Assembly: GCA_016207825.1 (NCBI GenBank)
Contig: JACQZI010000005.1
Span: forward strand, 1,122 to 65,121
Reading direction: 5' to 3'
Source of the DNA: Planctomycetota bacterium
Lineage (GTDB): Bacteria; Planctomycetota; MHYJ01; JACQXL01; JACQZI01
Length of the DNA stretch: 64,000 bases
Shown: positions 1 through 8,534 of the stretch, piece after piece
Numbering within the stretch: the first letter of the stretch is position 1
Layout of the letters: each line of letters begins with the position of its first letter
Notes under the pieces: generated by a model
Databases searched by the model: none
What the model saw: the letters and a program-made list of their open reading frames with translations, nothing else
Told to the model about the DNA's origin: nothing
Translations under genes and position numbers: made by a program

Positions 1-176
1 CCCACCGGGGAACTTTCCCCGCCTTCCGTAGCTCTTTCCCCGCCCTCCGGGAAACACTCCCCGCCTTCCGCAGAACTTTTCCCGCCCTCCGGGAAACACT
101 CCCCGCCTTCCGCAGAACTTTTCCCGCCTTCCGGGAAACAGTTCCCGCCCTCCGGGGCGGATTTCCCGGGACCGGG
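1..176. repeat. Tandem array with a 21-bp unit and 42-bp super-period, at least 8 units, running to the window edge. On the minus strand the units alternate 'gtttcccggagggcgggaaaa' and 'gttctgcggaaggcggggagt'; the first contains the perfect palindrome TTCCCG-N5-CGGGAA. It lies immediately 3' of the paralog gene at 186..2522.
   Basis: Direct reading: ccccgccttccgcagaacttttcccgccctccgggaaacact repeats three times, with further partial copies. Confidence 0.8.
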
Positions 177-185
177 AGGAAGGGA

Positions 186-2522
186 TTAAGGCGGCACGCC
201 GATAGCCGTGGCGTTTTCGAATTCTAAATAAGAGCTATCCGCTATCTTCACCCCGGCGCGGGTGCCGCCGCTGATATCGCTCGCCAGTTTATACACGATG
301 TAATAGGTCTTGGGAGTGGTTGTTACCTGCCAGCGGTTCATGTTGAGGTAACACGTGCCGTTGGTAAAATTACCTTTGCTGATAAAAGTATCACCTGCGT
401 CCCAGAAGCCGTTAGTATTCGTATCGCACCAGACCTGGACTTCTATCTTACAGGGTGTATTAACGCCGGTAACACCTTTATCTATGCGGAAACGTCTCCA
501 GCGGGTAGTGCCAGCGCCTATTTGCATATTGAACTTGACATAACAAACAGATTGCCCCATTCTTACCGGAGTATTGCCGTTGGTAAGCATCGTCCATGCG
601 GCTGTGGTGACAAGACTGGCAGGGTCCTCGTTTACAGTAATTGTAATTGCCTTGGAATCAGATAGTGTTTTAGACGTGGCGGTAAAAGTGACCATATAAT
701 TCCCGGATTGCGTACCGGAAGGCGTCCAATTAAATATGCCGCTGGCCAGGTTTAACGTTGCCCCTGTCGGAGTTGCGGTCATAGTATACGTTATCGGGTC
801 ACCATCCGGGTCATTAGCAGAAAGCGTAAAGGTTAATAATTGTTTTTCATTTATGCTCTTGTTTCCCGGCGAGGTCAGAACCGGCGGCCTGTCAACTACA
901 TATCCCACATACCAATAGGCTAATTGCGGGGCAACCGTGGTATTAGAGGTGGACAAGTTCGCCCGGAGTTTTATACCGGTGATACTGGTGAATGTCGCCG
1001 GATAAGCAGATGAAAGATTAGTCCCAGAAGAAACATTAGCAACCAATAGTGAATTATTCGACGAGCTTAAGACATCCACGGTCAAGAGTGTGTTAGCCGG
1101 CACACTGATAGTATAAGTCAAAACGCCCCAGGAAGAGACCACGGACGGCGCAATGGCTGAACCCAGGTAACTACCCGGAGTAAGAAATGGCGCCGTTCCC
1201 ACCACAGCCTTCCAGGTAGTCAAGGCGCCGATTTGGACAGGCGAATAGCGGTCGGTATTTGTCCCATCGCCCAAACTACCCAAACCATTATACCCCCAAG
1301 CCCAGAGCGTGCCGTCGGTCTTGACGGCTAAGTTGTGCTGAGTTCCGCAGGCAACTTGTTTCCAAGTGGTAGCGACGCCGACCTGGACAGGCGAGGTGCG
1401 TTGGGTTGTCGTCCCATCACCTAATTGGCCAGAGTTATTCCATCCCCACGCCCAGAGCGTGCCGTCGGCCTTGACAGCTAAGGTGTGCGCAGCCCCGCAG
1501 GCAACCTTACTCCAGGTGGTCAATGCCCCGATTTGGACAGGCGAGGTTCTTTGAGTGTATGTCCCATCGCCCAATTGGCCATTGAAATTATAACCCCATG
1601 CCCAGAGCGTGCCATCCGTCTTGATTGCCATGGTGTAAACATTCCCGCAGGCAACCTGTTTCCAGGTCGTCCCGGCTACCTGGACCGGTGAAAGCCGCTG
1701 GGTAGTCGTCCCATCGCCTAATTGACCCTGTCCATTATAACCCCAAGCCCAGAGCGTTCCGTCAGTCTTTATTGCTACGGTATGATTACCTCCGCAAGCG
1801 ACCTGTTTCCAGGTCGTTCCGGCTATTTGGACCGGGGACGATCTATTAGTCTGTGTCCCGTCGCCTAATTGGCCATTCCAATTATAACCCCAAGCCCAGA
1901 GCGTGCCGTCGGTCTTGACGGCTAAGGTGAAAGCATTCCCACCGGCGACCTGTTTCCAAGTGGTGAGCGCCCCGACCTGGACGGGCGAGTTTCTTTGAAT
2001 GGTCGTCCCATCACCCAACTGGCCATTAGAATTAAAACCCCAAGCCCAGAGCGTACCGTCGGTCTTGATTGCCATGGTGTGCTGAGCCCCGCAGGCGACC
2101 TTACTCCAGGTGGTCAATGCTCCGATTTGAGTTGGCGTGTTTTTATCAAGATTGTAGAGATAAGCCCCATCTCCGTCGTATTGGGCTGTTCCGCCATGGC
2201 CAAGCTGTCCGTATTCACCATAGCCCCAAGACCAGAGCGTGCCGTCTGTCCGCGGGCAGAGGCTGTGGTAAGCGTTTGCTGCGAGGATAAAGGCGGGCGT
2301 CTCCTGGCTGGTGTCTGATGATAGTGTGACCTCGGCAGAGCCGGCAGTGGCAACAGTATTCGTAAATGTGCCGTCGGTAAAGACGGTTTCGGACCAGCTG
2401 TCGGCAGCCAAATCCCAAGCACCAAATCCCAAACTCCAAATAATTAATAATACACAAAATCCAAAATTCCCCCGACGTGCGCCAGGACTACACTTCGCTT
2501 CGCAAACTTTCGTGTTACGCAT
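186..2522 (-). CDS. Exported paralog 1: signal peptide and 'ADSWSETVF' leader, seven or more RCC1-like beta-propeller blades (WxWGxNxxGQLGDG), then the family's conserved C-terminal module.
   Basis: 778-aa ORF. RCC1 blade motifs are visible. The C-terminal 190 aa align with the ends of ORFs 18158, 20542, 44353, 48731, 50696 and 53061 (…RWRRFRIDKG…CPDSKIEVQVWCDTNTNGFWDTGDTFI…YLEFENATAIGVP). Confidence 0.65.
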   Translation of the reverse strand: MRNTKVCEAKCSPGARRGNFGFCVLLIIWSLGFGAWDLAADSWSETVFTDGTFTNTVATAGSAEVTLSSDTSQETPAFILAANAYHSLCPRTDGTLWSWGYGEYGQLGHGGTAQYDGDGAYLYNLDKNTPTQIGALTTWSKVACGAQHTMAIKTDGTLWAWGFNSNGQLGDGTTIQRNSPVQVGALTTWKQVAGGNAFTLAVKTDGTLWAWGYNWNGQLGDGTQTNRSSPVQIAGTTWKQVACGGNHTVAIKTDGTLWAWGYNGQGQLGDGTTTQRLSPVQVAGTTWKQVACGNVYTMAIKTDGTLWAWGYNFNGQLGDGTYTQRTSPVQIGALTTWSKVACGAAHTLAVKADGTLWAWGWNNSGQLGDGTTTQRTSPVQVGVATTWKQVACGTQHNLAVKTDGTLWAWGYNGLGSLGDGTNTDRYSPVQIGALTTWKAVVGTAPFLTPGSYLGSAIAPSVVSSWGVLTYTISVPANTLLTVDVLSSSNNSLLVANVSSGTNLSSAYPATFTSITGIKLRANLSTSNTTVAPQLAYWYVGYVVDRPPVLTSPGNKSINEKQLLTFTLSANDPDGDPITYTMTATPTGATLNLASGIFNWTPSGTQSGNYMVTFTATSKTLSDSKAITITVNEDPASLVTTAAWTMLTNGNTPVRMGQSVCYVKFNMQIGAGTTRWRRFRIDKGVTGVNTPCKIEVQVWCDTNTNGFWDAGDTFISKGNFTNGTCYLNMNRWQVTTTPKTYYIVYKLASDISGGTRAGVKIADSSYLEFENATAIGVPP

Positions 2523-2537
2523 AAATCACCTCCATTT

Positions 2538-2750
2538 TCATACGGCGGTTTTCTTCCAGTTCACTAAACAGCCATTTTTAAATAAATAATGTTCTTTGGA
2601 ATTAGTTTGCGGGAAGAGATAGATCCATTCTTCTGAAACAGGTTCAGAATCTTTCTTGGGTTTAAGCCATTTAGCCACGGGCTTGCCGCGTAATGCCATA
2701 ATATCATCAGTGGTCAGGGGAAGCATTTTGTTTAATGTTGTTTTATTCAT
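2538..2750 (-). CDS. Small conserved protein of 70 aa, family member 1. It shares the motifs LRGKPxAK…EEWxY…EHYxFxNxxLVxWKKTAV with ORF 43541 and lies between a sigma-54 promoter and a paralog gene.
   Basis: The ORF has a conserved paralog at 43541..43789 and a deletion remnant at 18017..18130. Confidence 0.5.
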   Translation of the reverse strand: MNKTTLNKMLPLTTDDIMALRGKPVAKWLKPKKDSEPVSEEWIYLFPQTNSKEHYLFKNGCLVNWKKTAV

Positions 2751-2865
2751 AACAGTTCTCCTTGTAAGTATATAAGTTGATACGATAATAAGTTTATAAG
2801 GAGCATAGCCTCGTATTAACTTATCACCTTATTTCATCACCTTATTTCTTATCAACTATAATGTA

Positions 2866-2883
2866 TAGCAAATATCGTGCCAA
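2866..2883 (-). promoter_or_regulatory. Sigma-54 (-24/-12) promoter TGGCACGATATTTGCTATA, driving 2750..2538 and 2522..186.
   Basis: Reverse complement of 2866-2883 is ttggcacgatatttgcta. GG and GC are 12 nt apart, matching the TGGCAC-N5-TTGCW consensus exactly. Three EBP genes lie nearby. Confidence 0.7.
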
Positions 2884-3007
2884 TAATTCGCAATAATGGA
2901 GGAGAACTATAAATTATTTAATGCCTTGTAAATAAAGGGGTTAGAAAGCGAAAACAAGTCAAATAAGAATGTTTTTTGTATAATGAGCGTGGTAAAAATT
3001 CACGCCG

Positions 3008-5035
3008 TTACCGTTTGGTAACATTAGAGATGGTTATCTTTAATTGTTTTATCTTTTTGGAAAGAGTTGAACGGTCGCTGTTAAGTTGACAAGCCGCTTT
3101 GGTGATATTTCCATTGTTCTTTTTAAGAACTTCTATAATAATACTCTTTTCTATTTCATTACGTAATTCTTTAAGAGGACTATCCGATTTGATAGCAGAT
3201 TGGTTCATATTAATGTAACTCCGGATTGGGTTAGATAGCATTGATTCTTCAATAACATTAACATCCGGATACAATGCGCAGATGCGTTTTATCTCGTTTT
3301 CTAGTTCGCGGATATTGCCGGGCCAGGGGTAGGCGGTGAAAAGCGCTAACGCGCTGGGGGATATGTCAGCCCCGACGTTCGTCGGGACTTCGCTTCGCTC
3401 CGGAATTTCCTTACGGGAAAGAGAGCATTTTCGTAAAAAATGCTGAGCGAGGATGGGAATGTCATCCCCGCGGTCGCGAAGAGGAGGAAGATTGATTATA
3501 ATAGTATTGATACGATAAAACAGGTCTTCCCTGAATAACTTCTGCTTAACCATCTGCTCAATAGTCTGATTAGAGGCAAAGACAAAGCGGGTATCAACCG
3601 GAATAGGTTTTTGTCCACCCACTCTCCAGAGAAGTTTTTCTTCCATAACCCTAAGTAATTTTTGTTGCATAGACGGAGACATATTAGAAATCTCGTCTAT
3701 GAAAAGCGTTCCGCCTGAAGCGAGTTCAATATAACCTTTTTTATCTTCTATAGCGCCGGTAAAAGCGCCTTTGGCATGGCCGAAAAGCGTACTTTCAACA
3801 AGCGTTTCGGGAAGCACCCCGCAATTGAACGGTAAATAGGATTTGTTTATACGCAGGCTATTATTATGTATGGCATTGGCAATAAGTTCTTTTCCGGTTC
3901 CTGTTTCTCCCTGGATTAAAACCGGCATATCCGTAGGAGAAATCTTTTCTATAAGATGATAAATTTCTTGCATTGAGGGGGAATTGCCGACAATGGTATA
4001 TTTATTAACCGAATTTTCGTAACGGTCATCAAGGGTTTGAACCAATATCTGCGGGATAAACCTGGATTCATGTTTGGTTTTACCCTGTAATTGTTGATAG
4101 AGCCTGTCAAATTCCCTGGTTTTTTCATACAGCCAAATCGTATCCAGTTTAGATAAAACAGGCTTTATCCTGTTTTCTATAGAGCTGGCTTTACGCGACA
4201 GCCCTTTAAGAGAATAGCATTTGCATAAAAGGAATCCGGCTTCACAGGCAAGGTTATTTAATTTCAAGCATAATGCTTCTTTCATTATGTCCGGCAAAAT
4301 CCGAAACGCGGAATCCAACTGGTTTTCCAAAAGGTCAATGGCAGCAAGATGTATTTTCGCTTCAAGGATGCCGCGCGGGAAATCCGCTTGCTCGCATGCT
4401 TTAAGGGATATCTGAAAAGACTGGCGTGCCTGGCGATAGTCTTTTATTGACATCAGATACTCGCCTTTAATGTGCATATAATCCATGAAGTATATCTCGC
4501 CGGACGGGGACAGCAGGGAAGGTGAAAGTTTTTGTTCAATAATTTGCCCTGCTTTCCCCAAATCGTTTTTATATAAATAACAATAAGCTAAATTAATCAG
4601 GGTCGAAACATACATTTCCTTATTCATTGGAAACGTGTAACTCGTGAGTTTTTGGCAGTATTGCTCTACTTTATGGAATTGGCTTAAAGCCTGATTGATA
4701 TGCATCATAACCAGGAAATTAAGCCCCATCTTAAACGAAGCATACGCGACGCGAACTTGTTCAAGATTATGTTTTGAAGCGGTTAAGTATGCTTTATAGA
4801 AAGCATCCAGCGAGCGGGCATATTCCGCAAGGCTAAAACAAGCAAATCCCAGATGGCAATATAAAAGGTGTTCTTCAAAAGGCGAATAAGAAAGGGAAGG
4901 GAGTTTCCTTAGCGCCTTTTCGCCCAAACGCTTGGCGTTATCCCAATCCTGTTTATCCAAGGCGGACCTAATTTGTTCCAGACAATCAGATAATGGTTTA
5001 GATTCTCTTCGTTCACTACGAGTGCGTTTTGGCAT
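3008..5035 (-). CDS. Sigma-54-dependent transcriptional activator (EBP) with an N-terminal TPR-like domain, a central AAA+ domain (GETGTGKE Walker A; GAFTGA) and a C-terminal Fis-type HTH. There is no receiver or GAF domain.
   Basis: Motifs are visible in the translation. The true start is probably the ATG (MPKRTRSE) at 5035, because the TTG of the ORF-track start lies inside the -35 box. Confidence 0.85.
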   Translation of the reverse strand: MPKRTRSERRESKPLSDCLEQIRSALDKQDWDNAKRLGEKALRKLPSLSYSPFEEHLLYCHLGFACFSLAEYARSLDAFYKAYLTASKHNLEQVRVAYASFKMGLNFLVMMHINQALSQFHKVEQYCQKLTSYTFPMNKEMYVSTLINLAYCYLYKNDLGKAGQIIEQKLSPSLLSPSGEIYFMDYMHIKGEYLMSIKDYRQARQSFQISLKACEQADFPRGILEAKIHLAAIDLLENQLDSAFRILPDIMKEALCLKLNNLACEAGFLLCKCYSLKGLSRKASSIENRIKPVLSKLDTIWLYEKTREFDRLYQQLQGKTKHESRFIPQILVQTLDDRYENSVNKYTIVGNSPSMQEIYHLIEKISPTDMPVLIQGETGTGKELIANAIHNNSLRINKSYLPFNCGVLPETLVESTLFGHAKGAFTGAIEDKKGYIELASGGTLFIDEISNMSPSMQQKLLRVMEEKLLWRVGGQKPIPVDTRFVFASNQTIEQMVKQKLFREDLFYRINTIIINLPPLRDRGDDIPILAQHFLRKCSLSRKEIPERSEVPTNVGADISPSALALFTAYPWPGNIRELENEIKRICALYPDVNVIEESMLSNPIRSYINMNQSAIKSDSPLKELRNEIEKSIIIEVLKKNNGNITKAACQLNSDRSTLSKKIKQLKITISNVTKR

Positions 5036-5042
5036 GGTTCCA

Positions 5043-5071
5043 TTTATACAAAAAGAAGGGGCGACTGTCAA
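5043..5071 (-). promoter_or_regulatory. Sigma-70-type promoter TTGACA-17-TATAAA, 7 nt upstream of the EBP ATG, giving a leaderless or near-leaderless transcript.
   Basis: Minus-strand reading: cTTGACAgtcgccccttctttttgTATAAAtggaaccATG. The same architecture occurs at the other two EBP genes. Confidence 0.55.
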
Positions 5072-5244
5072 GACCCGTTAGAGATTTTATTTAACTATTG
5101 TTTCTCATCAAAACAACTTTTAATAATAATGCTTCATTTTTCTCCTAAACCAAAACTCCAGCAAATTTCTAACGGGTCAAGTTCAAATTTAACAACCATA
5201 GGATTATATTGACGAAAACATTGCTTTTCTTATAATTAAACATA

Positions 5245-6564
5245 GTGAAATCTCAAAGGCTCATGACTGTCTACCGCGAGCGCGCCATACTGGTCGGAAC
5301 TATTTCTCCCCGACACTTTGGGCGGGACTCCACTTACGTTTCGCCTAAAGACCATCAGGAAGATGATCCGCTGGCCGAACTGGAGCAACTGGCTATTACA
5401 GCCGGCGCCATCGTTGTGGAAAAGATAACTCAGAAAAAGCAAAAGCCTGATGTCGCTTATTATATCGGCCGTGGCAAGGTCTCCGAACTAAAAGAATTAG
5501 CGGATAAAAACGATATCGATACAGTGATTTTTGATAACGACCTCTCGCCCGGACAGATACGTAACCTGGAAAACGAGCTGAAGATAAAAGTGCTTGACCG
5601 GACGGAACTTATCCTGGATATCTTCGTCACGCACGCCAGGAGTTTGCAGGCAAAACTGCAGGTGGAGCTTGCACAGCTTGAATACACGCTTCCCCGCTTA
5701 ACGCACCTGTGGTCACATCTTTCCAAGATTGAAGGAGGCGTCGGCATCGGTCAGAGGGGTCCGGGCGAAAAGCAGCTGGAAATGGACCGCCGCATCGCGC
5801 GCGACCGCATCACCAAGCTGAAACGGGAAATCGAGGATATCAACCAACACCACAAGCGCACCACGGAAAACCGCTCGTCTTATTTCAATATCGCCCTCTT
5901 AGGATACACCAACGCCGGCAAATCCGCCCTGATGAACGCCTTAACCGGCACGGATTGCCTGGTGGAAAATAAATTATTCTCCACTTTGGACACCAAAACC
6001 CAACTATGGAACCCGGCGAATCATTATAAAGTCCTTTTAAGCGATACGGTCGGTTTTATCCGCAATCTTCCACACCACCTGGTCGCCTCTTTTAACGCAA
6101 CTTTACAGGAAGTCATTGATGCGGATTTGCTCCTCCATATTGTGGATGTCTTTCAGCCGGGAATCGACCAGCGTATCCAGGCAGTTGATAAAGTATTGGA
6201 AGAACTCGGTTGCAGCCAGAAACCGCGACTCTTGGTATTCAATAAGATAGATAAAATAGACCCGCTTGAGATGCAGATAGTCAGCAAGGAATTCCCGGAT
6301 TCTGTTTTCATTTCGGCTAAAAATAAACAAGGGCTTGATGCACTCGCCGGAAGAATCGTGGAATTCATCGCCAAAGACGAAACACTATCGACATTCTCCG
6401 TTTCAGCCGGAGACGGCAAGTTCCTTTCTTATCTGGAAGAAATGGGCAATATCATTTCAAAAACGTACCGTGACGGAATGGTCCGGATAAAAATACGCCT
6501 GTCTCCGCATGCTAAGGCAAAAGTGATGGGTTATCTGGAAGCCAATAAAAACAAGGCTAAATAG
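5245..6564 (+). CDS. hflX: GTPase HflX
   Basis: G1 GYTNAGKS, G3 DTVGF and the HflX N-terminal domain are present. The start may be the ATG at 5263. Confidence 0.85.
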   Translation: MKSQRLMTVYRERAILVGTISPRHFGRDSTYVSPKDHQEDDPLAELEQLAITAGAIVVEKITQKKQKPDVAYYIGRGKVSELKELADKNDIDTVIFDNDLSPGQIRNLENELKIKVLDRTELILDIFVTHARSLQAKLQVELAQLEYTLPRLTHLWSHLSKIEGGVGIGQRGPGEKQLEMDRRIARDRITKLKREIEDINQHHKRTTENRSSYFNIALLGYTNAGKSALMNALTGTDCLVENKLFSTLDTKTQLWNPANHYKVLLSDTVGFIRNLPHHLVASFNATLQEVIDADLLLHIVDVFQPGIDQRIQAVDKVLEELGCSQKPRLLVFNKIDKIDPLEMQIVSKEFPDSVFISAKNKQGLDALAGRIVEFIAKDETLSTFSVSAGDGKFLSYLEEMGNIISKTYRDGMVRIKIRLSPHAKAKVMGYLEANKNKAK

Positions 6565-6582
6565 CCTGGCTTTTGGAAATGA

Positions 6583-7239
6583 TTACCGGTCGGTGTTTTC
6601 TGCCACCTGTCCCTGTTTCAGCTTTCTTCTCATTTCATCCCATGGAAAAAGCTTGCCAGGGCAATCTGTCTTGCCTTTATCAACGCTTGAATGACCTATG
6701 ATATTTTCTAAAGGAATATGGTAATCCCTCTGCAGCCTTTTCAGTAAATCATTCAACGCGCTCATTTGCGCCTTGGTCGGCTTGTCTTTCTCAAAATCTC
6801 CCACCAGGCAGATACCGATTGATTGCTCGTTCATGTTGGCGTCAAAGCAATGCAGCCCGGGAATCTTCCTAAACCAGCGCTCGCCCACCTCAACCTCGCC
6901 GTTCCCGGATTTGGTGCCGTTGCCGATGACGTAATGATAGGCCAACCCGTCCTTCATTTTCATTTCTTCCCTGTGGTAACGGTCAAATATCCTGGCATTG
7001 CCGCTTTTGGTCGAGCTGTGATGAATCACCACGTATTTCCAGGGAGAGGAACTTATTTGAGTTGACGTTACGGCCTCCGGTATTTCTATTTTCATCTGAC
7101 CTTCCGCGGTGGATTTCTTTTTACCGGTAAGTTCTTCAAATGAATCGTTGATGTTTTTATCCGTTGTGAAAAGATATGTAGCGACCAGGAGCGATACGAC
7201 CGCACCGATGCTGAGGATAAAATCAAATATCCTGACCAT
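6583..7239 (-). CDS. N-acetylmuramoyl-L-alanine amidase of the Amidase_2 / PGRP-like family, with an N-terminal TM anchor.
   Basis: Motifs YHYVIGNG, SIGICLVGDF and GHSSVDKGKTDCPG. Confidence 0.7.
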   Translation of the reverse strand: MVRIFDFILSIGAVVSLLVATYLFTTDKNINDSFEELTGKKKSTAEGQMKIEIPEAVTSTQISSSPWKYVVIHHSSTKSGNARIFDRYHREEMKMKDGLAYHYVIGNGTKSGNGEVEVGERWFRKIPGLHCFDANMNEQSIGICLVGDFEKDKPTKAQMSALNDLLKRLQRDYHIPLENIIGHSSVDKGKTDCPGKLFPWDEMRRKLKQGQVAENTDR

Positions 7240-7293
7240 ACGAATATCATATCGTCAAGACATGGGAAACATCTTTAATGATTTAAGAAATGC

Positions 7294-7704
7294 TTATAAC
7301 CAGTTTCGTATTTTTATTAAAGCGGCTTCATGAATTGTTTCTTCGGTAAGAATATTTTGGAGAATATTCCTAAGGTTGCTGTTCGAAGCCAACTTAACGC
7401 ATTTCTTATAAATCGAAATGGCTTTCTTTTCTGAAGCAAGATGGCTCCGGACGATTTCCGCCGGGGTTTTCATGCCTTCCGTAAATCCAAAGTCCCATTC
7501 AGCCGTTCCGCCCAACCGGCTGATTTCCAGCGAAACCAAATCAGCATGCCGGCTTTCCGCCTGCCCGAAATTGTGGAAAAGCTGGACCAGCCATGGATGT
7601 TTCGCGAAAGATGTGGCGTGCCTCGGATACAGGAAAATATCGCTGTATTCCATCCGCAAAGCCTTTTGCAGGTAGGTAACAAGTTTTTCCTTATTATCCG
7701 CCAT
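7294..7704 (-). CDS. Ferritin-like / rubrerythrin-like small protein
   Basis: Weak ferritin-like helical pattern with candidate E/H ligand residues. Low certainty. Confidence 0.35.
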   Translation of the reverse strand: MADNKEKLVTYLQKALRMEYSDIFLYPRHATSFAKHPWLVQLFHNFGQAESRHADLVSLEISRLGGTAEWDFGFTEGMKTPAEIVRSHLASEKKAISIYKKCVKLASNSNLRNILQNILTEETIHEAALIKIRNWL

Positions 7705-7707
7705 TTA

Positions 7708-7902
7708 TTATTGGATCTTAATCGCTTCAGCCGGGCATGATTCAGCTGCTTCCTTGCAGCAAGCTTCTGCGCTCGCCGGGACCGGATTAACCTTGACCTT
7801 GGCAATATCATCCGTTCCCATCTCAAAAACGTCAGGGCATGTTTCCACGCAAAGCCCGCAACTGGTGCATGCTTCTTTATCTACAATTGCTTTCATGTTC
7901 AT
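7708..7902 (-). CDS. 4Fe-4S ferredoxin
   Basis: CTSCGLCVETCP motif plus a second Cys cluster, in 64 aa. Confidence 0.8.
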   Translation of the reverse strand: MNMKAIVDKEACTSCGLCVETCPDVFEMGTDDIAKVKVNPVPASAEACCKEAAESCPAEAIKIQ

Positions 7903-8024
7903 TCTTCCTTTCTAAAATCTAATCAAATGCGTTAAAATTATATATTCCCTTAAATAAAGGGTCAAGGATTTTCACCACCCTATTTTTATAAATATCACAT
8001 CTGGAAATAGCCGATAATTACAAT

Positions 8025-8534
8025 ATGATTTACCTGCGTCTTCCCGGAATGCTGTTTATCATATTGTCCGTTATCGCGCCGGTATTGTATCTCAAATTCA
8101 GCGATTTGCACTTTTTCCAGCCTAAAGATTATCTGATGGTCGCGCTTACATTTGCCGGCTCCTTGACGTCCGGTATCTGCCTCTTGGTCCTGGCACAGTG
8201 GAAAAAGATGGCCCAGCCGATTCCCCCTCCACCTCCGTCTTCATATCCGCGGGTGGAATTCAAAAAGCCCGTGGTCCACAAAAAGGCATCCAGGCACAAT
8301 ATGAAACCGGCGACCGAAGCTGATTTTGTGGTTTTCTCAGATGATAACAAACCGGATTTCAATACCCTGATGGAGGATTTCAAGAATTATATTAAATTGG
8401 AAGCATGGGGAATGGCTCTAGCCAAGGCAAATGAAATACTGCATTATTATCCCGATAAGCCGGAAACCGCCAAGGTGCGCGCGAACCTTTCCTTCCTTAC
8501 CCAGCAGATAAAAAAAGAGTCACCGCAGGGATGA
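8025..8534 (+). CDS. Hypothetical membrane protein with a Pro-rich linker
   Basis: Two TM helices followed by PIPPPPPSS. Confidence 0.4.
   Translation: MIYLRLPGMLFIILSVIAPVLYLKFSDLHFFQPKDYLMVALTFAGSLTSGICLLVLAQWKKMAQPIPPPPPSSYPRVEFKKPVVHKKASRHNMKPATEADFVVFSDDNKPDFNTLMEDFKNYIKLEAWGMALAKANEILHYYPDKPETAKVRANLSFLTQQIKKESPQG

Noticed and set aside
186-2522. PEP-CTERM, LPXTG or T9SS sorting signal at the family C-terminus
   Set aside because: The proteins end …CVGVP* with no hydrophobic helix or basic tail, and the conserved module is about 190 aa rather than a T9SS CTD of about 80 aa.
2311-2589. ORFs 2311..2589(+), 18091..18612(-), 2069..2457 and similar overlapping the paralog 5' ends
   Set aside because: They are antisense or alternate-frame shadows of the conserved 5' region of the paralog genes. 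Their similarity to each other merely reflects the inverted duplication.
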